Origin: Eledone cirrhosa
Taxonomy: Eukaryota
DNA: 64,000 nt
Assembly: GCA_964016885.1 (NCBI GenBank)
Contig: OZ024741.1
Coordinates: 350,238,001 to 350,302,000 of the forward strand
Direction of reading: 5' to 3'
Shown: positions 1 through 14,385 of the stretch, one piece after another
Layout of the letters: each line of letters begins with the position of its first letter
How positions within the stretch are numbered: the stretch's first letter is position 1
Program-made: the position numbers and the translations under genes
The notes under the pieces: model-generated
Seen by the model: only the letters and a program-made list of their open reading frames with translations
What the model was told of the DNA's origin: nothing
Databases searched by the model: none

Positions 1-1197
1 CTGAAAAGCCGCACACATCTGCTTCGGCTTATGTAACACGCGTCCGTTTTGGTCCTTCAAAGACCGAATCGTGGACTCGTTGTCACTTTTTGCCTCCGTC
101 ACTCGGGCCCAGCTAACAGCTTTGGCTCCCTCGTTTCCCAGAGCATGTATTTTGCTTCTGACAACGCAGCCCTCGTGCTTTGCGTCGAAGAACTGGTCCA
201 AGGCCGTTCTCGTTGCTAGCACGCTGGCTACGTTGCCACTTCTAATTGCCTCTTCTACTTTATCTACCAATTCCTTCTCGGTTCTATTTCTATCTAACGC
301 TAATTCTTTACTAAAAACTAACGAGTCTAATCTAACTGCCCTCTTGAGAGAGTACCACCATCTGTTGTTGACAATGGCCACTGTCAAGTGCTGTTTAACT
401 AAAGTACTAATCCGTGTACTGTAGGTTTTGCTTGTCGGTAACGACAAGTTCAGTTTCCAGTAGCCGGGTCCTTGTCTATGGGTTCTATCAAGATTGGCCA
501 TGCAGGTCACTAGTTTGTGATCTGAATAGGCAACCATGAACATTTGTGGACAGCTTAACATGTCCCTATCCTTATTTCTAACTAGAACCCTATCTAGGTA
601 CGATCTAGATGTTCCGCTGAGATTAGTCCACCTCCACAGTGGCACAGTCGGAAAATCTAGTCGATATCTATCGGCCAGGTCAAATCGGTCGATTAACAGT
701 TTGAGGCTGTTACACCCCCCTTTATCGGGAGATGCTCCCACATAGTCCCAACGTGCATCTAGGATTTCATTCAAGTCCCCCACTAAAAGCAAGGAGCGGG
801 ACGTTCACAGAAAAGTCTCTAGACGTTTGAAGAAGTCTGGCCGCGGTGTCCCGGATGGGGCATATGCAGCCACCAGCCTGAAGGCTCCACCTTCACTACC
901 GTCAACGTCTAGGACCACCAGTCGACCCTCCGGGTCCATATGTACCGTCTGTGTTACGAGGCCCAGGTGTTTTCGCAGCAAAATGGCAACCCCGCCCCCA
1001 CCCGCCGGCCGACACAGAGATGCGTAGATCTCAAAGTCATCGAAGATGGGGGCTAGCTGTCGCTCGCTGTGGATTCTGGACTCGCAAATGGCTACTACAT
1101 GCATACTGTGCGACCTGAGGTCGTTTAAGAGTTTGCCTTGTTTCCAGGGCATTTCCAGGCCGCGTACGTTCACACATCCAACTCTTATATTGGCCAT
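1..1197 (-). pseudogene. LINE ORF2 N-terminus (APE endonuclease), disrupted
   Basis: MANIRVGCVNVRGL...VAICESR...GGGGVAILL...AAYAP. After an in-frame TGA at 805-807 the reading continues LLLVGDLN...YLDRVLV...YSDHKLV...GPGYWKLNLS, the typical L1/Tx1 EN motifs. Confidence 0.88.
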
Positions 1198-1230
1198 GTT
1201 GGTGCTGAAAAGTTAAAAGAGGAAAAGAAG

Positions 1231-3142
1231 TCACTCACCCTTCGTCTCCTGGGGACCAGGCTGCACGATTTCCATGGTGGTGTTGAAGGGGTTGTCTGGG
1301 TGGGTGGTGGTTTCCGGCGGGGTGAGGACGGAGATGTTTGGTGGGGTGGGGTCTGGTGGGATGGGGTTGTCTGGGGTGGGGAGACATTTGAGAAGGACGT
1401 GGTTAAGTGGTTTCATGCAGGAATTCCCCACATCCTTTTCAAATGTTTCTTTTAGGGACCTATAAGTTTGTATAAGGACTCTAATCAGTTTTAGGTTCAG
1501 TTTTTTGTTATTTTTAATAGAGGTGGCGAAAGTTTTCCCTTCGGTTTTCACCGAAGAGTTGTTCGTGATGGTCTTCATTAGTGTTTTGTTTTCAGTGTTT
1601 ATGTAAGTGTAAGTGTAATTTTATTGTGTTGTGTTTGTTTTTGTCTGTAGTTCTTGTGTGTGCTTTCGTTTTGTTGTAGGTATTTGGTTTTCAGGAGTGG
1701 GGGTTTTGTTTGTGATGTTTTTGTTGTTTGTGTTGGTGGTTGTATGTTTGTGGTAGTGTTTGCTGGTTTTTTGCTTTTGTGATGTCTTTTCTTTCTTTTC
1801 GAGCGATGGGGTTCTCCCTCGTCTTCACTGGGTGATGGCGAGATAGCCTCATCTGTTGTATCGTCTGTGTGGGTTGGGGAGGGGTATGTCTTGGGGAGTT
1901 GTTGTGTCTGTATGTGATTTTGCAGTGGTTTTAGGTGGAGTGGGGTTGTGTAGGACTGTGTTTGTTGTGGTTATTTTTGTGTGTTGGTGTTGTTGTTGTG
2001 GCGGTGGTGTTGGTGGTTGTGTTGTTTTGATGGGTGTCGCCAGAAGAGTCTTTTTTTTACTCATTAATTTAGGACAGGAAGCCCTCAGGTGACCCCTGCT
2101 AAAGCAGTGGTAACATGAAGGCCGCCTACCCTCAACCGAAAGGTTTATGTAGGTGAGTCCGTCCAGGAGTACACGTTGTAGGTTCATAGCTATTCGTTCT
2201 GGGCTCATTAGCACCAGAACTTCAACGCTAGTCCCATTGAATACATCTCTGGGGGACTTTCCTACTGACAGTATTCTGTCTTCATCAAAATTGATGGAGC
2301 CGCACAGTATCCACCATATGTTTACCTTTGGTGTGACACTCGTGATTTTAATCTTTTGTGTCCTTTTTCCCATGTATGTAGGAAAAAAGGTATACAGGTT
2401 GGATACAATTGGCGATACAGAGTAATTTTGAGCCGTCAATTGATCCTTCATGAGTACCGAAATACTCCCAAAGAGTTTGCTTCTTTGAATGAATGAAATA
2501 TCATTAATTGAATTTTTGAAAACCAGTTCAATTTCTTTCTGTGACAATTGGACTGGTTTTCGGGTAGAATTGGAAACTGTCCTAAAAACTATCGTTTTGA
2601 GAGCAGTTTCCTTGCGAATTTCTACCGGAGAATTGATGCTGAAAGCACCATTCTTTTCGAAAGTGACATATCTCCTAGCATCCTTTAAAAGTTGTTCGGC
2701 ATTTGTTATGTCAAGATATGTCAGTTCCTCCTTTTTCTGAACTGTCTGTGCAAAGGAGATGTTTGGTTTCTTTGTGGAATTATCCGTGTTGGTCATTATT
2801 GTTGTTATTGTTGTTGTTATTCTTGTTGTCACTGATGTTGATATTATTCGTATTTTCCTTGGTGTTGTTGTTGTCTTTGATGGTGGTATTATTGGTGTTG
2901 TCTTTATTTTTTTCTTTGTTGTTGTTGTCATTGTTTTTATCATCATTATTGGTGTTGTTGTTGTTATTTTTGTTGTCATTGTACTGTTTGGTGTCATTTG
3001 TGTTGTTTGGATATGAATTTGTTTTTACAATTTCATTTCGTCTTTCCATCTCCATAGTATCTAGGGAAGAAGACGATGTTGACTGCGAGCTATGTAGTCT
3101 TACCGACTCTCCACCACCATTATCGTCGAACGCAGCGTTCAT
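1231..3142 (-). pseudogene. LINE ORF1 (gag-like, zinc knuckle), split across frames
   Basis: ORFs 2780-3142, 1849-2997 and 1231-1578. Contains CYHCFSRGHLRASC (CX2CX4HX4C), with an Asn/Thr-rich low-complexity N-terminus. Confidence 0.8.
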
Positions 3143-3365
3143 AACGTAATCAAACTTCTTACGATATTTTTTCCAAAACTCGATGGAGGAAAAATTTTTA
3201 AAACAAGTATTTCGCCCCTGTAGGGGCGAAAATGAGTTGACCCACCACCTGAAGGTCCAGACGGGGGGTCAAGTTACACAATAATATAAAATTTAACTGA
3301 AAACTCACGTTTTTTTCTTAAATAAAATAACGGAAACTTCTCCGCGAAGTTACACACGTCTGGTA

Positions 3366-3368
3366 GAG

Positions 3369-3433
<65 letters not shown>
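3366..3433. repeat. (GATA)n microsatellite
   Basis: Perfect tetranucleotide run directly flanking the LINE 5' end. Confidence 0.95.
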
Positions 3434-3434
<1 letters not shown>

Positions 3435-4057
3435 GGAAAAGAAATTGAAAATGCAACTGGAGTCTTTTAAGAATATTAATTTATATTACTGATTTCACAG
3501 TTCTTTTGATTTTCAAAAGTAAAATTGTAATGGCGGATTTGTGTTTATGTTGTGGTGTGTCTTGAATCTAGTCGAGTTCGAACATTCTTTCTGATTTATA
3601 CAAAAATGTGGCTCGAATATCTATTTATTTAAAATGTAATTTGATTGGTTGATGACAGTCATGTGATTTGTCATAGTCATTTTTGCGCCAAAAATGGATG
3701 GTCAGAAATTGAGAGAAGAGAAGAAAAATTGGAGTGTTCTGGTTCAGTGAATATGGATGATATATATATATTTCCCGATACCCTTCAAAATGGCATACTT
3801 CATTTCACACACACACATACATACATATTTATATATATGTACATATTTATATATATATATGTGTATATAACAGAGATTTGTAGCTTGCTTGAAGTATTGT
3901 TTCATAGGAAACAGAAATTTAAATTGTGAAGACCAACGCAATGCTTTATGAAGATTGTTAAAATTGCCAAGATAACAAAAAAATCTTACCTTAGCAAATT
4001 TAACGATCCCAAATATTTTCGGGGCCGGAGCTCAGCCGCCGGAGTGCTGACTCTCCT

Positions 4058-4093
<36 letters not shown>

Positions 4094-4583
4094 CTATTGA
4101 AATATTATCAAACAGAATATTATACAAGAGGACGACTGTCACAAATCTTAGCTAAACTAAGGAGATATAGAAATATGGAAAAATATATTAGCAGACAACA
4201 GGTGAGAAAAAGTTTATAAATTCAAACGAACATAACTCGAAGACATTCACTAGAAGTTGATGCATTGTAGCAATGGTGTGGAATTACTAACTTTATACAG
4301 AATTAATTATAGGTATTTTATAATGGATGGTGGGGGCTTATTGATTAGCAGACAACACGGGGAAAATGTCCTCGCAATTTACGAAATTATGACGACATGT
4401 ATAGCATGCAAAAGGTGAGAAAAATGATTTTAATAATCTATGAAAACATCGCGGAGAAATTTGATATAGCTAACAATAAAAGGAAATAGTTGATCAGTAC
4501 GGTCTTGTAAGATAGCGATTGATTAAGAGATAGTTGGAAAAAACATTTTAATGTTTGCGCCGAAATATCAGTCAATCATTGAA

Positions 4584-4685
<102 letters not shown>

Positions 4686-5342
4686 TGCTTTTCATCTATG
4701 GAAATACCACCAAGATATTATGAAAGAAAATTAGAGAGAAATCTATTGAAATATCGCAGAACTAATTCCAGTGGCAGACGAATGTTTGTGTATTTTAAAA
4801 AATGATAGAAAGAACTGAAGAAATTCTATTAAAATATCATGGAGACATTTAATAGCAAACGACTGATGAAAGAGTGCAGAAATCTTCAGGAAATATCATG
4901 CAACTATTGATTAACAGAGGAAGCGAATTGGCAATATCGTTAACACATTGGATAGATTGTATTGTGGTATTCGTTCCGGCTCTGTGCTCTCTGAGTTCAA
5001 ACCTCGCCGAGATCAACTTTGCCATTCATCCTTGCGAGGACGATAAAAAAAATGTACCAATTCAGTAATGGGTTCGATTCTTCCTCTGTATATCTTTCTA
5101 AATTCTTCTCTTTCACTTTCTACTCCTTCACTGAACGAAATTGGCTGTGTTCAGACATGGAGAGGCGATGAACTCCGCCAGGTTTAAAAATGCCTAAGAC
5201 AGGCTGTATGTCAGGAGTGCAACCCTATCACACCTCTAGAAGTTGCATGTCCATACATACATTGCTTAGCAAATGATAGAAAAAATGGACTAGAAAATCA
5301 ACTGTCATGTTTTCTTCTTCAAGTAAACGTGTAACACATTCA

Positions 5343-6853
5343 TCACCAGTGAGGCTCTTCCCATACTGAAATCTTTGTATTCTTTGCAGAACGGCCCCTT
5401 TCAGTGCCATTGTTGCCAGGGAAACGGGGATGTAGGAAGAGGTTCATTATGTTCATGGAATTATCTGTCAAACTGGTTGGAATTGATGATGCCACTGGTG
5501 TTGGAGTTGGAATTAGTGGAACAGGTGTAATTGGTGTTGTTGGTGGAGGTGTTGGAACTGGTGTGATTTGGGTTGGAGCTGGTGTTGTTGGATCTACTGT
5601 GGTTGGGGTTGGAGATGGGGGTATTGGAGCTTGAGCTTTGCCTTGGAGAGCTGGTGGAGCTATAAATGGAGATGGTTCCAATTCATGTTGTGGCAAAACA
5701 TCAGAGGGTTAAAAGGGAAGATCCCACAGACTCTAAACCTCATCTTGATCTGATCTGACGTGAATGACGTGAATGACAGTTTTTTAGGGGGCCAGGGAAA
5801 CATTTCTTTGATACAGATCAATTGTGTGTCCTGGCATACTCACGCAGCAGCTGTTGCCAACACAGTTTAACAGGTCAGAAGCTGGACTTGTCAAAAGGCT
5901 GCAACAGATATGTCTGGTGGGCAGGCAATCGGAGAATGATTACCTTGTTTTCCTTGGCCTCTTTGAGTAGGAGAAGAGTCAGGTGGGGAGCATGGCCATC
6001 ACAAATACATACTCTTGGTTAGTATTGAAGGTGCTCACTTTCCGTCAGAAATATCTTCTTTAACCAATCATGGAATTGGAGACCCTCCATCCAGTCATTT
6101 TCACTTGTCGTGTAACAGGCTCTCTCTTGTCCACCCTAGGTCCAATCATGATGGCGATTATTTCCCTTGTAAACTATATATGGTGGTATCACCACCACTT
6201 GTTGCAGATCCTCCAGAATTTACCGTGATCTGCTCTCGGCCAGATTCTCCAATAGCCTGGCCAACACCATGTCTGATTTTGGGTCTGTGACAAAGCTACT
6301 TTCACCCATATTGAATATTTGTTCAGGCAAACCTTCACTCATGCCTGTGAATGTTCCTTGTCTAATAAATCAAACCAGGCCCCCACAATATCAGGATCCT
6401 GTGCACGACTCCTAGCTGATCTCAGCTGCTCTGTGTTGCGGGGAGCAACAGGTGGGTGACGTCGTAAAAGTTCATCCAACCAATCACGGCCTGGGTGATT
6501 GTTTGTAAAGGGGGTCTCCATACAATGATATGTACAAAACTCCTGAACCAGATCCTTAACCTCAGCCTTGTTGAAGCCTCATCCCCAATCCACTAAAAGT
6601 TTTAAGCACTCTGCGAGCTCCAACTCTTGATCAGAGGATAAAATGTATGTCCTTCTTACATGCGCATTAATCGGAATTTCGTCTCTAACCCTCCTTAGAA
6701 GAGACCTCTTACAAACACCAAAGCATTTGGCTGCCTGGTTAGCAGACATCTCCTTTTTGATTACTCAGTTGTAGGCATCAGCCATTTCCTGGCTATTTGC
6801 ATAGCATTTCCTGCCCCCCCCCCCCCAGTCTTCTTCTTATAATGTCGTACCAT
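5343..6853 (-). pseudogene. Decayed pogo/Tigger-like DDE transposase
   Basis: Fragments read MVRHYKKK; MSANQAAKCFGVCKRSLLRRV (psq-like HTH); TPFTNNHPGRDWLDELLRRHP (CENP-B HTH); IFNMGESSF; LRLPAHQTYLLQPFDKSSF (DDE_1-like); then a Pro/Thr-rich tail. Contains stops and frameshifts. Matching TIRs were not found. Confidence 0.8.
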
Positions 6854-7814
6854 CTGAAGGGTAAAAATGCCAGGCATTAAGCACCAAGTATTTTTTTTAT
6901 TATTATTTACACAATAAATACTAAATAAACCAAACAAGGAATGTTTCCTTATTTGTATATACATATAAATGTCCCCAAATCCAATTTTACCTGAGTGTTT
7001 GTGCATTCTGACAGCTAGAGACAACATTTCTGATAAAAAGAAATCTCTTGGGGGCATTAGGTACCAGGCATATTCAAAAGATATAAATGTTAGGCTATAG
7101 AAAATTACCACCACCACCCCTACGAAATGCCCATTTATATTTATACTATATCTGAAGAAAACAAAAACAGCCACCATATATATTTTCTGTTTATTGGTAT
7201 CACCCAGTTTGGGGTCCTAAAAAATATCATTACCACGTATCTTTATCCCTAATTATATCTAATTAGACAAACACTTCCCTTACCCATGTCTTATTTATCT
7301 AAATAATATACCCAAGTACTCAAATAAGATATAAGAAAAGAACTTGCCTTAGAAATTTAACTGACTCCTGACAATTTTTTTTAATCTGTAAACAGTGAAA
7401 TGGTGACAGCATCAGTTGTGGATATAACTGAACACCAAAGACAAAGAAGATCTGACATTTTGTAATTATACAATGAAGAGATGCAAATTCAAGTTTTGGC
7501 AGAAACTATAACACTTCAATTCATTGTAATGTGCTTTTCAATCAGAATGTGCTTTTCAAAAAAAGCACATTCTGTTTGGTTCTTGAGTCACCTGATGTAC
7601 CAAGTATAAAATTAATGCATTTGTAGTGTGGTGGAGCTTAATAACCCCGTTTGCCCAATATATATATATATACATTTAGGTTTGAGGTTCACCACTGGAT
7701 AGAGCTGGTCAATTCCGTATGGTCAATCTTAATGTAATAATATGGAGAGTACTCAACGTAAAGCAGTTCAACCGTCTTTGTTTTTGTAGTTGGTCGTGCT
7801 ATTACGGAGTTAAA

Positions 7815-8190
7815 TATTATAATGAAATGACAGGAGGCTGGACTTGTGTAAATCCTTGAAAGGTTTATTGTTTATTATACTATGATCATTTCAATGACCG
7901 GGTTCCGTATGAATCCGGTGATATCATCAGGTATTCGAAATATAATAAGTGAATGCAATAGATAAAATCCATGGGGCTGAAATGCTGGATGGCGGTCGTC
8001 CTCCGGTCTTTGATTTTCAGCCCCATGGATTTTATCTATTGTATTCACTTATTATATTCACTTATTATATTTCGAATACCTGATGATATCACCGGATTCA
8101 TACGGAACCCGGCCATTGAAATGATCATAGTATAATAAACCTTTCAAGGATTTACACAAGTCCAGCCTCCTGTCATTTCATTATTATATA
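7815..8190. mobile_element. Inverted-repeat insertion of a Penelope-like pLTR fragment with an HHR in each arm
   Basis: Arms of about 170 bp (7815-7984 and 8012-8190) are near-perfect reverse complements around a short spacer; (TA)n flanks the right end. Confidence 0.8.
8076..8133 (+). ncRNA. Type I hammerhead ribozyme (mirror copy on minus at 7877-7934)
   Basis: ATAC-CTGATGA-[stem II with CCGG.TTC/GAA.CCGG]-GAAA-TGATCA-TA-GTAT. Stem I is ATAC/GTAT, stem III is the palindrome ATGATCAT, and the cleavage triplet is AUA. Confidence 0.8.
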
Positions 8191-8202
8191 TATATATATA
8201 AA

Positions 8203-8383
8203 GGGTGGTGGATTGGCAGTATCGGTAGAGGGTCGGACGCCATGCTTTCCAGCATAGGTACGTCCCTTTACGATCTGAGTTCAAATCCCGCCGAGGTTGA
8301 CTTTGCCTTTCATCCTTACGGGGTCGATAAAATAAAGTACCAGTAATGCACTGGGTAATTGCTAGCCTTGTGCCTAAAGTAGA

Positions 8384-8390
<7 letters not shown>
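8203..8390 (+). mobile_element. tRNA-derived SINE, family A
   Basis: A-box-like TGGCAGTATCGG, B-box GAGTTCAAATCCC, and body CTTTCATCCTTACGGGGTCGATAAAATAAAGTACCAG. Many copies occur in the window. Confidence 0.85.
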
Positions 8391-8480
<90 letters not shown>

Positions 8481-8506
8481 TATATAAGACAATCAATTAT
8501 ATATAT

Positions 8507-9042
8507 ATGAGTGTGGAGCTGAGAATGAATGAGATTAAGACGAAGTATCTGGTAGAGAATATTAAGAAGCCAGAGAAGAATACTAATGTAGGTGGGAAGC
8601 CGCTAGAATTGGTTGAGGACTTCTTGTGTCTGGGAGCAAAGATTGGGAATACAGGGCTGAGACTTGGACACTTACCAAGAAATTCACTCAGATGGTGGAT
8701 GGGTGCTACACGAGAATGCTGAGGATGGCCCAGAACACTAATCGCTGAGGATAAAGAACGAAGAGCTGCACGGGAGCCTCCCAAAATTCAGCTCGAGAGT
8801 AGCACAGAGGTGACTCAGGTTAACTGAACATGCTCACTGACATCCAGAGTTGCCACTACACTCAGTGCACCCGTGGAAGCCCCTGCATAGATACACTGGA
8901 AGAGGAAGACCGAGGTGGACATATGTTGATGCCCTAAGGACTGACACTGGTCTCTTGGAGACGCAAGACATGGCAGCGATGATGAGAGACAGCGACGGCT
9001 GGAGAGAACTCGTTCATGGATCTCGGGAATTTTCCCGCCCTA
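8507..9042 (+). mobile_element. RTE-clade LINE 3' fragment
   Basis: [11 protein letters not shown]...W.PLH.YTGRGRPRWTYVDALRTDTG...MRDSDGW. Ends CCCGCCCTAG(AT)n and is (TA)n-flanked. Confidence 0.8.
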
Positions 9043-9135
<93 letters not shown>

Positions 9136-9142
9136 TATATTT

Positions 9143-9280
9143 TTAGCCATTGCTCGCACCAACCTGAGGTATATGGCCTTTAATGCGACGAAATGCCTAC
9201 GACGGTTCGAAGGCCACTGATGAGGACAAACTTTTTCATATGTAACCCATTTCCAGCGCCGCAGCTCCATTATTATCATA
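9143..9280 (+). repeat. Short copy of the structured repeat family also at 52985-53500 and 63570-64000
   Basis: Shared TTGCTCGCACCAACC...GAAAT.CC...CACTGATGA...CATATGTAACCCAT. Confidence 0.7.
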
Positions 9281-9285
9281 TTTAC

Positions 9286-9321
<36 letters not shown>

Positions 9322-9322
<1 letters not shown>

Positions 9323-9448
9323 ACGAAGGAAATGTGGTAAGGAACCAGGTGGACCATAACGCACCAAAGTACTCAATACTTGAGGTAGTAGAGTGGTTCC
9401 TATTATATATATATATATATATATATAGATATATATATATAGATATAC

Positions 9449-9530
<82 letters not shown>

Positions 9531-9691
9531 CGAAGGAAATGTGGTAAGGAACCAGGTGGACCATAACGCACCAAAGTACTCAATACTTGAGGTAGTAATT
9601 GGGTAATAGGAACCAGTAAGACCCCGACAGCTGAGCTCAAGCCGTTTCGTCGAAACGGCTTGAGCTCAGCTGTCGGGGTCTTACTGGTTCC

Positions 9692-9693
<2 letters not shown>
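9322..9693 (-). mobile_element. Penelope-like pLTR 3'-end fragments with HHR 3' half and inverted segment
   Basis: Two copies of the terminus (9322-9400 and 9528 onward). A palindrome centred near 9650 contains GAAAC-GGCTTGAGCTCAGCT-GTC-GGGGTC. Same family as 26422-26616 and 29111-29256. Confidence 0.7.
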
Positions 9694-9790
<97 letters not shown>

Positions 9791-10092
9791 GTATTATATA
9801 TATATATATATATATCTAGGGCGGGAAAATTCATGAAGCTCTACGGTCAAGCGTATATACCGATACATAGATTCAGATGACGATGATAACATTAACGAGT
9901 GAGTGGGTATAATGCTTACTATGCAGTGTGCTCTTATCTGAGTGTGTAATCGAGGTTTGAGTGGTTACAACAAAAACAATGACAGTAACAACAACAACGA
10001 CAATGACGAAAATAGCAGCAACGTTAACAACGACAAAAGACTAACGAAAAGAAATACAGGAAATACGGTGACAAAAGAACAGGAAACACATG

Positions 10093-10178
<86 letters not shown>

Positions 10179-10199
10179 GTATATATATATATATATTTA

Positions 10200-10230
<31 letters not shown>

Positions 10231-10233
10231 ATG

Positions 10234-10296
<63 letters not shown>

Positions 10297-10423
10297 GTAT
10301 ATATGTATATATATATATATATATTTAAATATGTTGATATATAAATATATATATATATGTATATATGTATATATATATATATATATTTAAATATGTTGAT
10401 ATATAAATATATATATATATGTA

Positions 10424-10529
<106 letters not shown>

Positions 10530-10564
10530 AATATGTTGATATATAAATATATATATATATCAAC

Positions 10565-10656
<92 letters not shown>

Positions 10657-10706
10657 GTATATATATATATATATGGTCCATCTGGTTCCTTACCACAATT
10701 CCTTTG

Positions 10707-11268
<562 letters not shown>

Positions 11269-11322
11269 TATATATATATATATATATATGGTCCATCTGG
11301 TTCCTTACCACAATTCCTTTGT

Positions 11323-11358
<36 letters not shown>

Positions 11359-11365
11359 CGTGTGT

Positions 11366-11435
<70 letters not shown>

Positions 11436-11465
11436 TCCATCTGGTTCCTTACCACAATTCCTTTG

Positions 11466-11525
<60 letters not shown>

Positions 11526-11541
11526 TTATATATATATATGT

Positions 11542-11580
<39 letters not shown>

Positions 11581-11600
11581 TATAGATATATGTTTATATA

Positions 11601-11661
<61 letters not shown>

Positions 11662-11745
11662 GTTTATATATATATGTTTATATATATATATATATGTGTT
11701 TATATATATATATATATATATGTTTATATATATATGTATATATAT

Positions 11746-11779
<34 letters not shown>

Positions 11780-11823
11780 GTTTATATATATATGTTTATA
11801 TATATATATGTTTATATATATAA

Positions 11824-11884
<61 letters not shown>

Positions 11885-12206
11885 TATATCTATATGTTTA
11901 TATATATATATATGTTTATATATCTATATGTTTATATATATATATATATATATTTATTAAACTAACAGATTATCTGTAAACGCAGAACTGGATATTTCAA
12001 AAAACGTTGCAACCGGAGGAAGACAGGCAGACGATACTTTTGGTTCGTGGAAAAGTTCGCTGGTTAAGAACGGGAAAAAACGAATATAATACGTCGTTAA
12101 GGGTGAAAGCAGCGATTCTTTGCTTAAACTTTAATCTGTTATTTTAATAAATATTTGCTCTACGGTTCTTATATATTTGGATTTTAGTCTTCACTTTTAT
12201 TATTAT

Positions 12207-12248
<42 letters not shown>

Positions 12249-12250
<2 letters not shown>

Positions 12251-12606
12251 AAGGCGGGTAAAATTCCCGAGATCCATGGACGAGTTCTCTCCAGCGGTCT
12301 CTGTCCCTCATTATCGCTGCCATGTCCTGCATCTCAAACAGACCAGTGTCTGTCCTTAGGGCATCAACATACGTTAACCTTGGTCTTCCTCGTCTAGTGT
12401 GTCCATGTAGGGGCTCCCAAAGGAGTACTGAGTGCAATGTCAACTCTGGATGTCAGTGAGCATGTCCAGCTAACCTCAGTCTCCTCTGTGTCACTTTTGA
12501 GCTGACTTTTGGGATGCTCCCATACAGCTCTGAGTTTTTCATCCTCAGTGTATACTGATTAATGTTCAGAGCCATCCTCAGCATTCTCGTGTAGCACCCA
12601 TCCACC
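12249..12606 (-). mobile_element. RTE-clade LINE 3' fragment (same family as 8507-9042)
   Basis: [14 protein letters not shown]...[11 protein letters not shown]...LLWEPLHGHTRRGRPRLTYVDALRTDTG...MRDRDRW. Flanked by (TA)n on both sides. Confidence 0.85.
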
Positions 12607-12639
12607 ATATATATATATATATATGAACATATATATATA

Positions 12640-12740
<101 letters not shown>

Positions 12741-12852
12741 ATATATATATAAACATTATATATATATATATATATATGTTTATATATATATATGTATATG
12801 TATTTATATATATATATGTATATGTTTATATATATATGTATATATATATATA

Positions 12853-13438
12853 TGGTGGCTGCCAACTCGTTTTCGAGTACGGCCACTACTTTATATCCAT
12901 GTAGGAGTACCCCTACCGATGCGCTGAACGAATGTGACTTTTTAGTCCAGCCAGCGACTTGAAAACTCTGGTACAAACACTACACTTGTGGCAATTATTG
13001 ACACATAGTGCTGGGCCCATGGTACCATGTGACGACAAGTGCAGAGAGATCTCCAGATATAAAGCAAAGCCTGTGCCGTGAAGCTTTTATAGTGAGCAAA
13101 GGCACTGCACAAAGCCAGTCCCACTCTCTTAACCAAGATGATATTTACCAAAAAGAAGAACAAGTCAACATCATTGGATACCATCAGGGTTGCAGGTGTT
13201 ATATCAGAGTTTTCCTTCTCCTAGAATTCTGCCTTGGGGTCATCTCTCCCAGTGATTTTGGATGGCCATTTACTCTTAAGAGCTCCTTTGCCCTTTGACA
13301 GGTTTTGTTTTTAGTCCTGCAGGATGTCCAAAGTCACCCTCCTCACAACGAAACCTTGGTGGGGTTGCCAGTTTAGTCACCAACGACCCGACCATGGGAC
13401 AGGTTGTACTGGGATACATGTTACCAGTAGCACCAACC

Positions 13439-13440
<2 letters not shown>
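12853..13440 (-). mobile_element. Non-autonomous bipartite RTE derivative (5' UTR fused to 3' end)
   Basis: The minus strand has the RTE 5'UTR-like motif CTAGGAGAAGGAAAACTCTGA. It ends with the C2H2 remnant [23 protein letters not shown] plus a short 3'UTR hairpin CTCGAAAACGAG. No RT lies between; (TA)n flanks. Confidence 0.65.
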
Positions 13441-13526
<86 letters not shown>

Positions 13527-13544
13527 TATATACATACATATATG

Positions 13545-13616
<72 letters not shown>

Positions 13617-13617
<1 letters not shown>

Positions 13618-14385
13618 CTTTGAATAACTTTGAAATGTTTTGGCCAGTATTGGCCCAGGCCATGTCTAACTTAATAGCACCACCTGGCGAAGTCATTCAA
13701 TTCAGGATTTGGGCACCATGGCCCATTCGAGAAGAGAATTACTGTTTGCGGAGACATATCCGGGTGTGGGTGGTTTGTCCGGGATCACTTGGAGGAATTT
13801 GTCCAAAGACTTCTTGAATTTTGTGTGCTCAGTTTCTGTTTTGACGTGTCCTGGTGTGATGTTGAAGAGAGCAGGGCCAATTGAGGTGAAATAATTGTGC
13901 CGTATTGTTGTTATGAGTTGCGATTTAGATTTTTGTTTGGGACGGATAGCACGGAGCCGAAGCCTTGGGTATATTTTGAAGGTGATGCCAACATCATTTG
14001 GGCAGTGCTGATGAAACATTTTCCACATCATGCAGATAATATAACGCTCACGGCGACGTTGGAGTGAGTAAAGTTTCAGCTTTTCTAGTCGACACCAGCC
14101 ATCTAGCTTTTTTGTGATTGCCCTTTGGGGAGCTTCAAGTTTCATGATACTTTGTTTCGTGTGGGGAGACCACAGTGCCCAACAAGGTGTGGTCGGGCAA
14201 AAGTGGAGAAGAGAAGGATAATGGTGTGGGAATCTCTCGACTGGAAGGTTCTGAGGATCCAGGAACACATTCTGCGGGCCATGTCAACTTTGCTGCTTAT
14301 ATGAGTGGCCCAGCTTATGTTGCTGTCCACGGTTACTCCCAAGTCTCTGATGTTGTTAGATGCCACGAGAGTTTCACCGGAATTC
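13617..14385 (-). mobile_element. CR1/L2-group LINE 3' fragment
   Basis: IRDLGVTVDSNISWATHI...FARPHL...WSPH...LEAPQRAITK...LKLYSLQRRRER...[21 protein letters not shown], with a repeated TCAAAGTTA tail. Confidence 0.88.

Larger units (their letters stand above)
1..3363 (-). mobile_element. Tx1/L1-clade non-LTR retrotransposon, 5' portion (continues off the window start)
   Basis: Minus-strand ORF1 with a CCHC knuckle, followed 33 nt later by ORF2 beginning with an APE endonuclease. The 5' end reads CAGACGTGTG and abuts a (GATA)n tract. Confidence 0.9.

Noticed and set aside
805-807. Programmed readthrough in LINE ORF2
   Set aside because: A single nonsense mutation in an element that has other lesions is the simpler explanation.
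8203-8390. tRNA genes at the A/B-box sites
   Set aside because: No cloverleaf. The boxes are heads of multi-copy SINEs.
13365-13440. HDV-like ribozyme at the 5' end of the bipartite RTE (CCAGT...CTAA-ACTGG on minus)
   Set aside because: P2 and a J4/2-like segment are visible, but I could not build consistent P1/P3/P1.1 pairings. Left uncalled.
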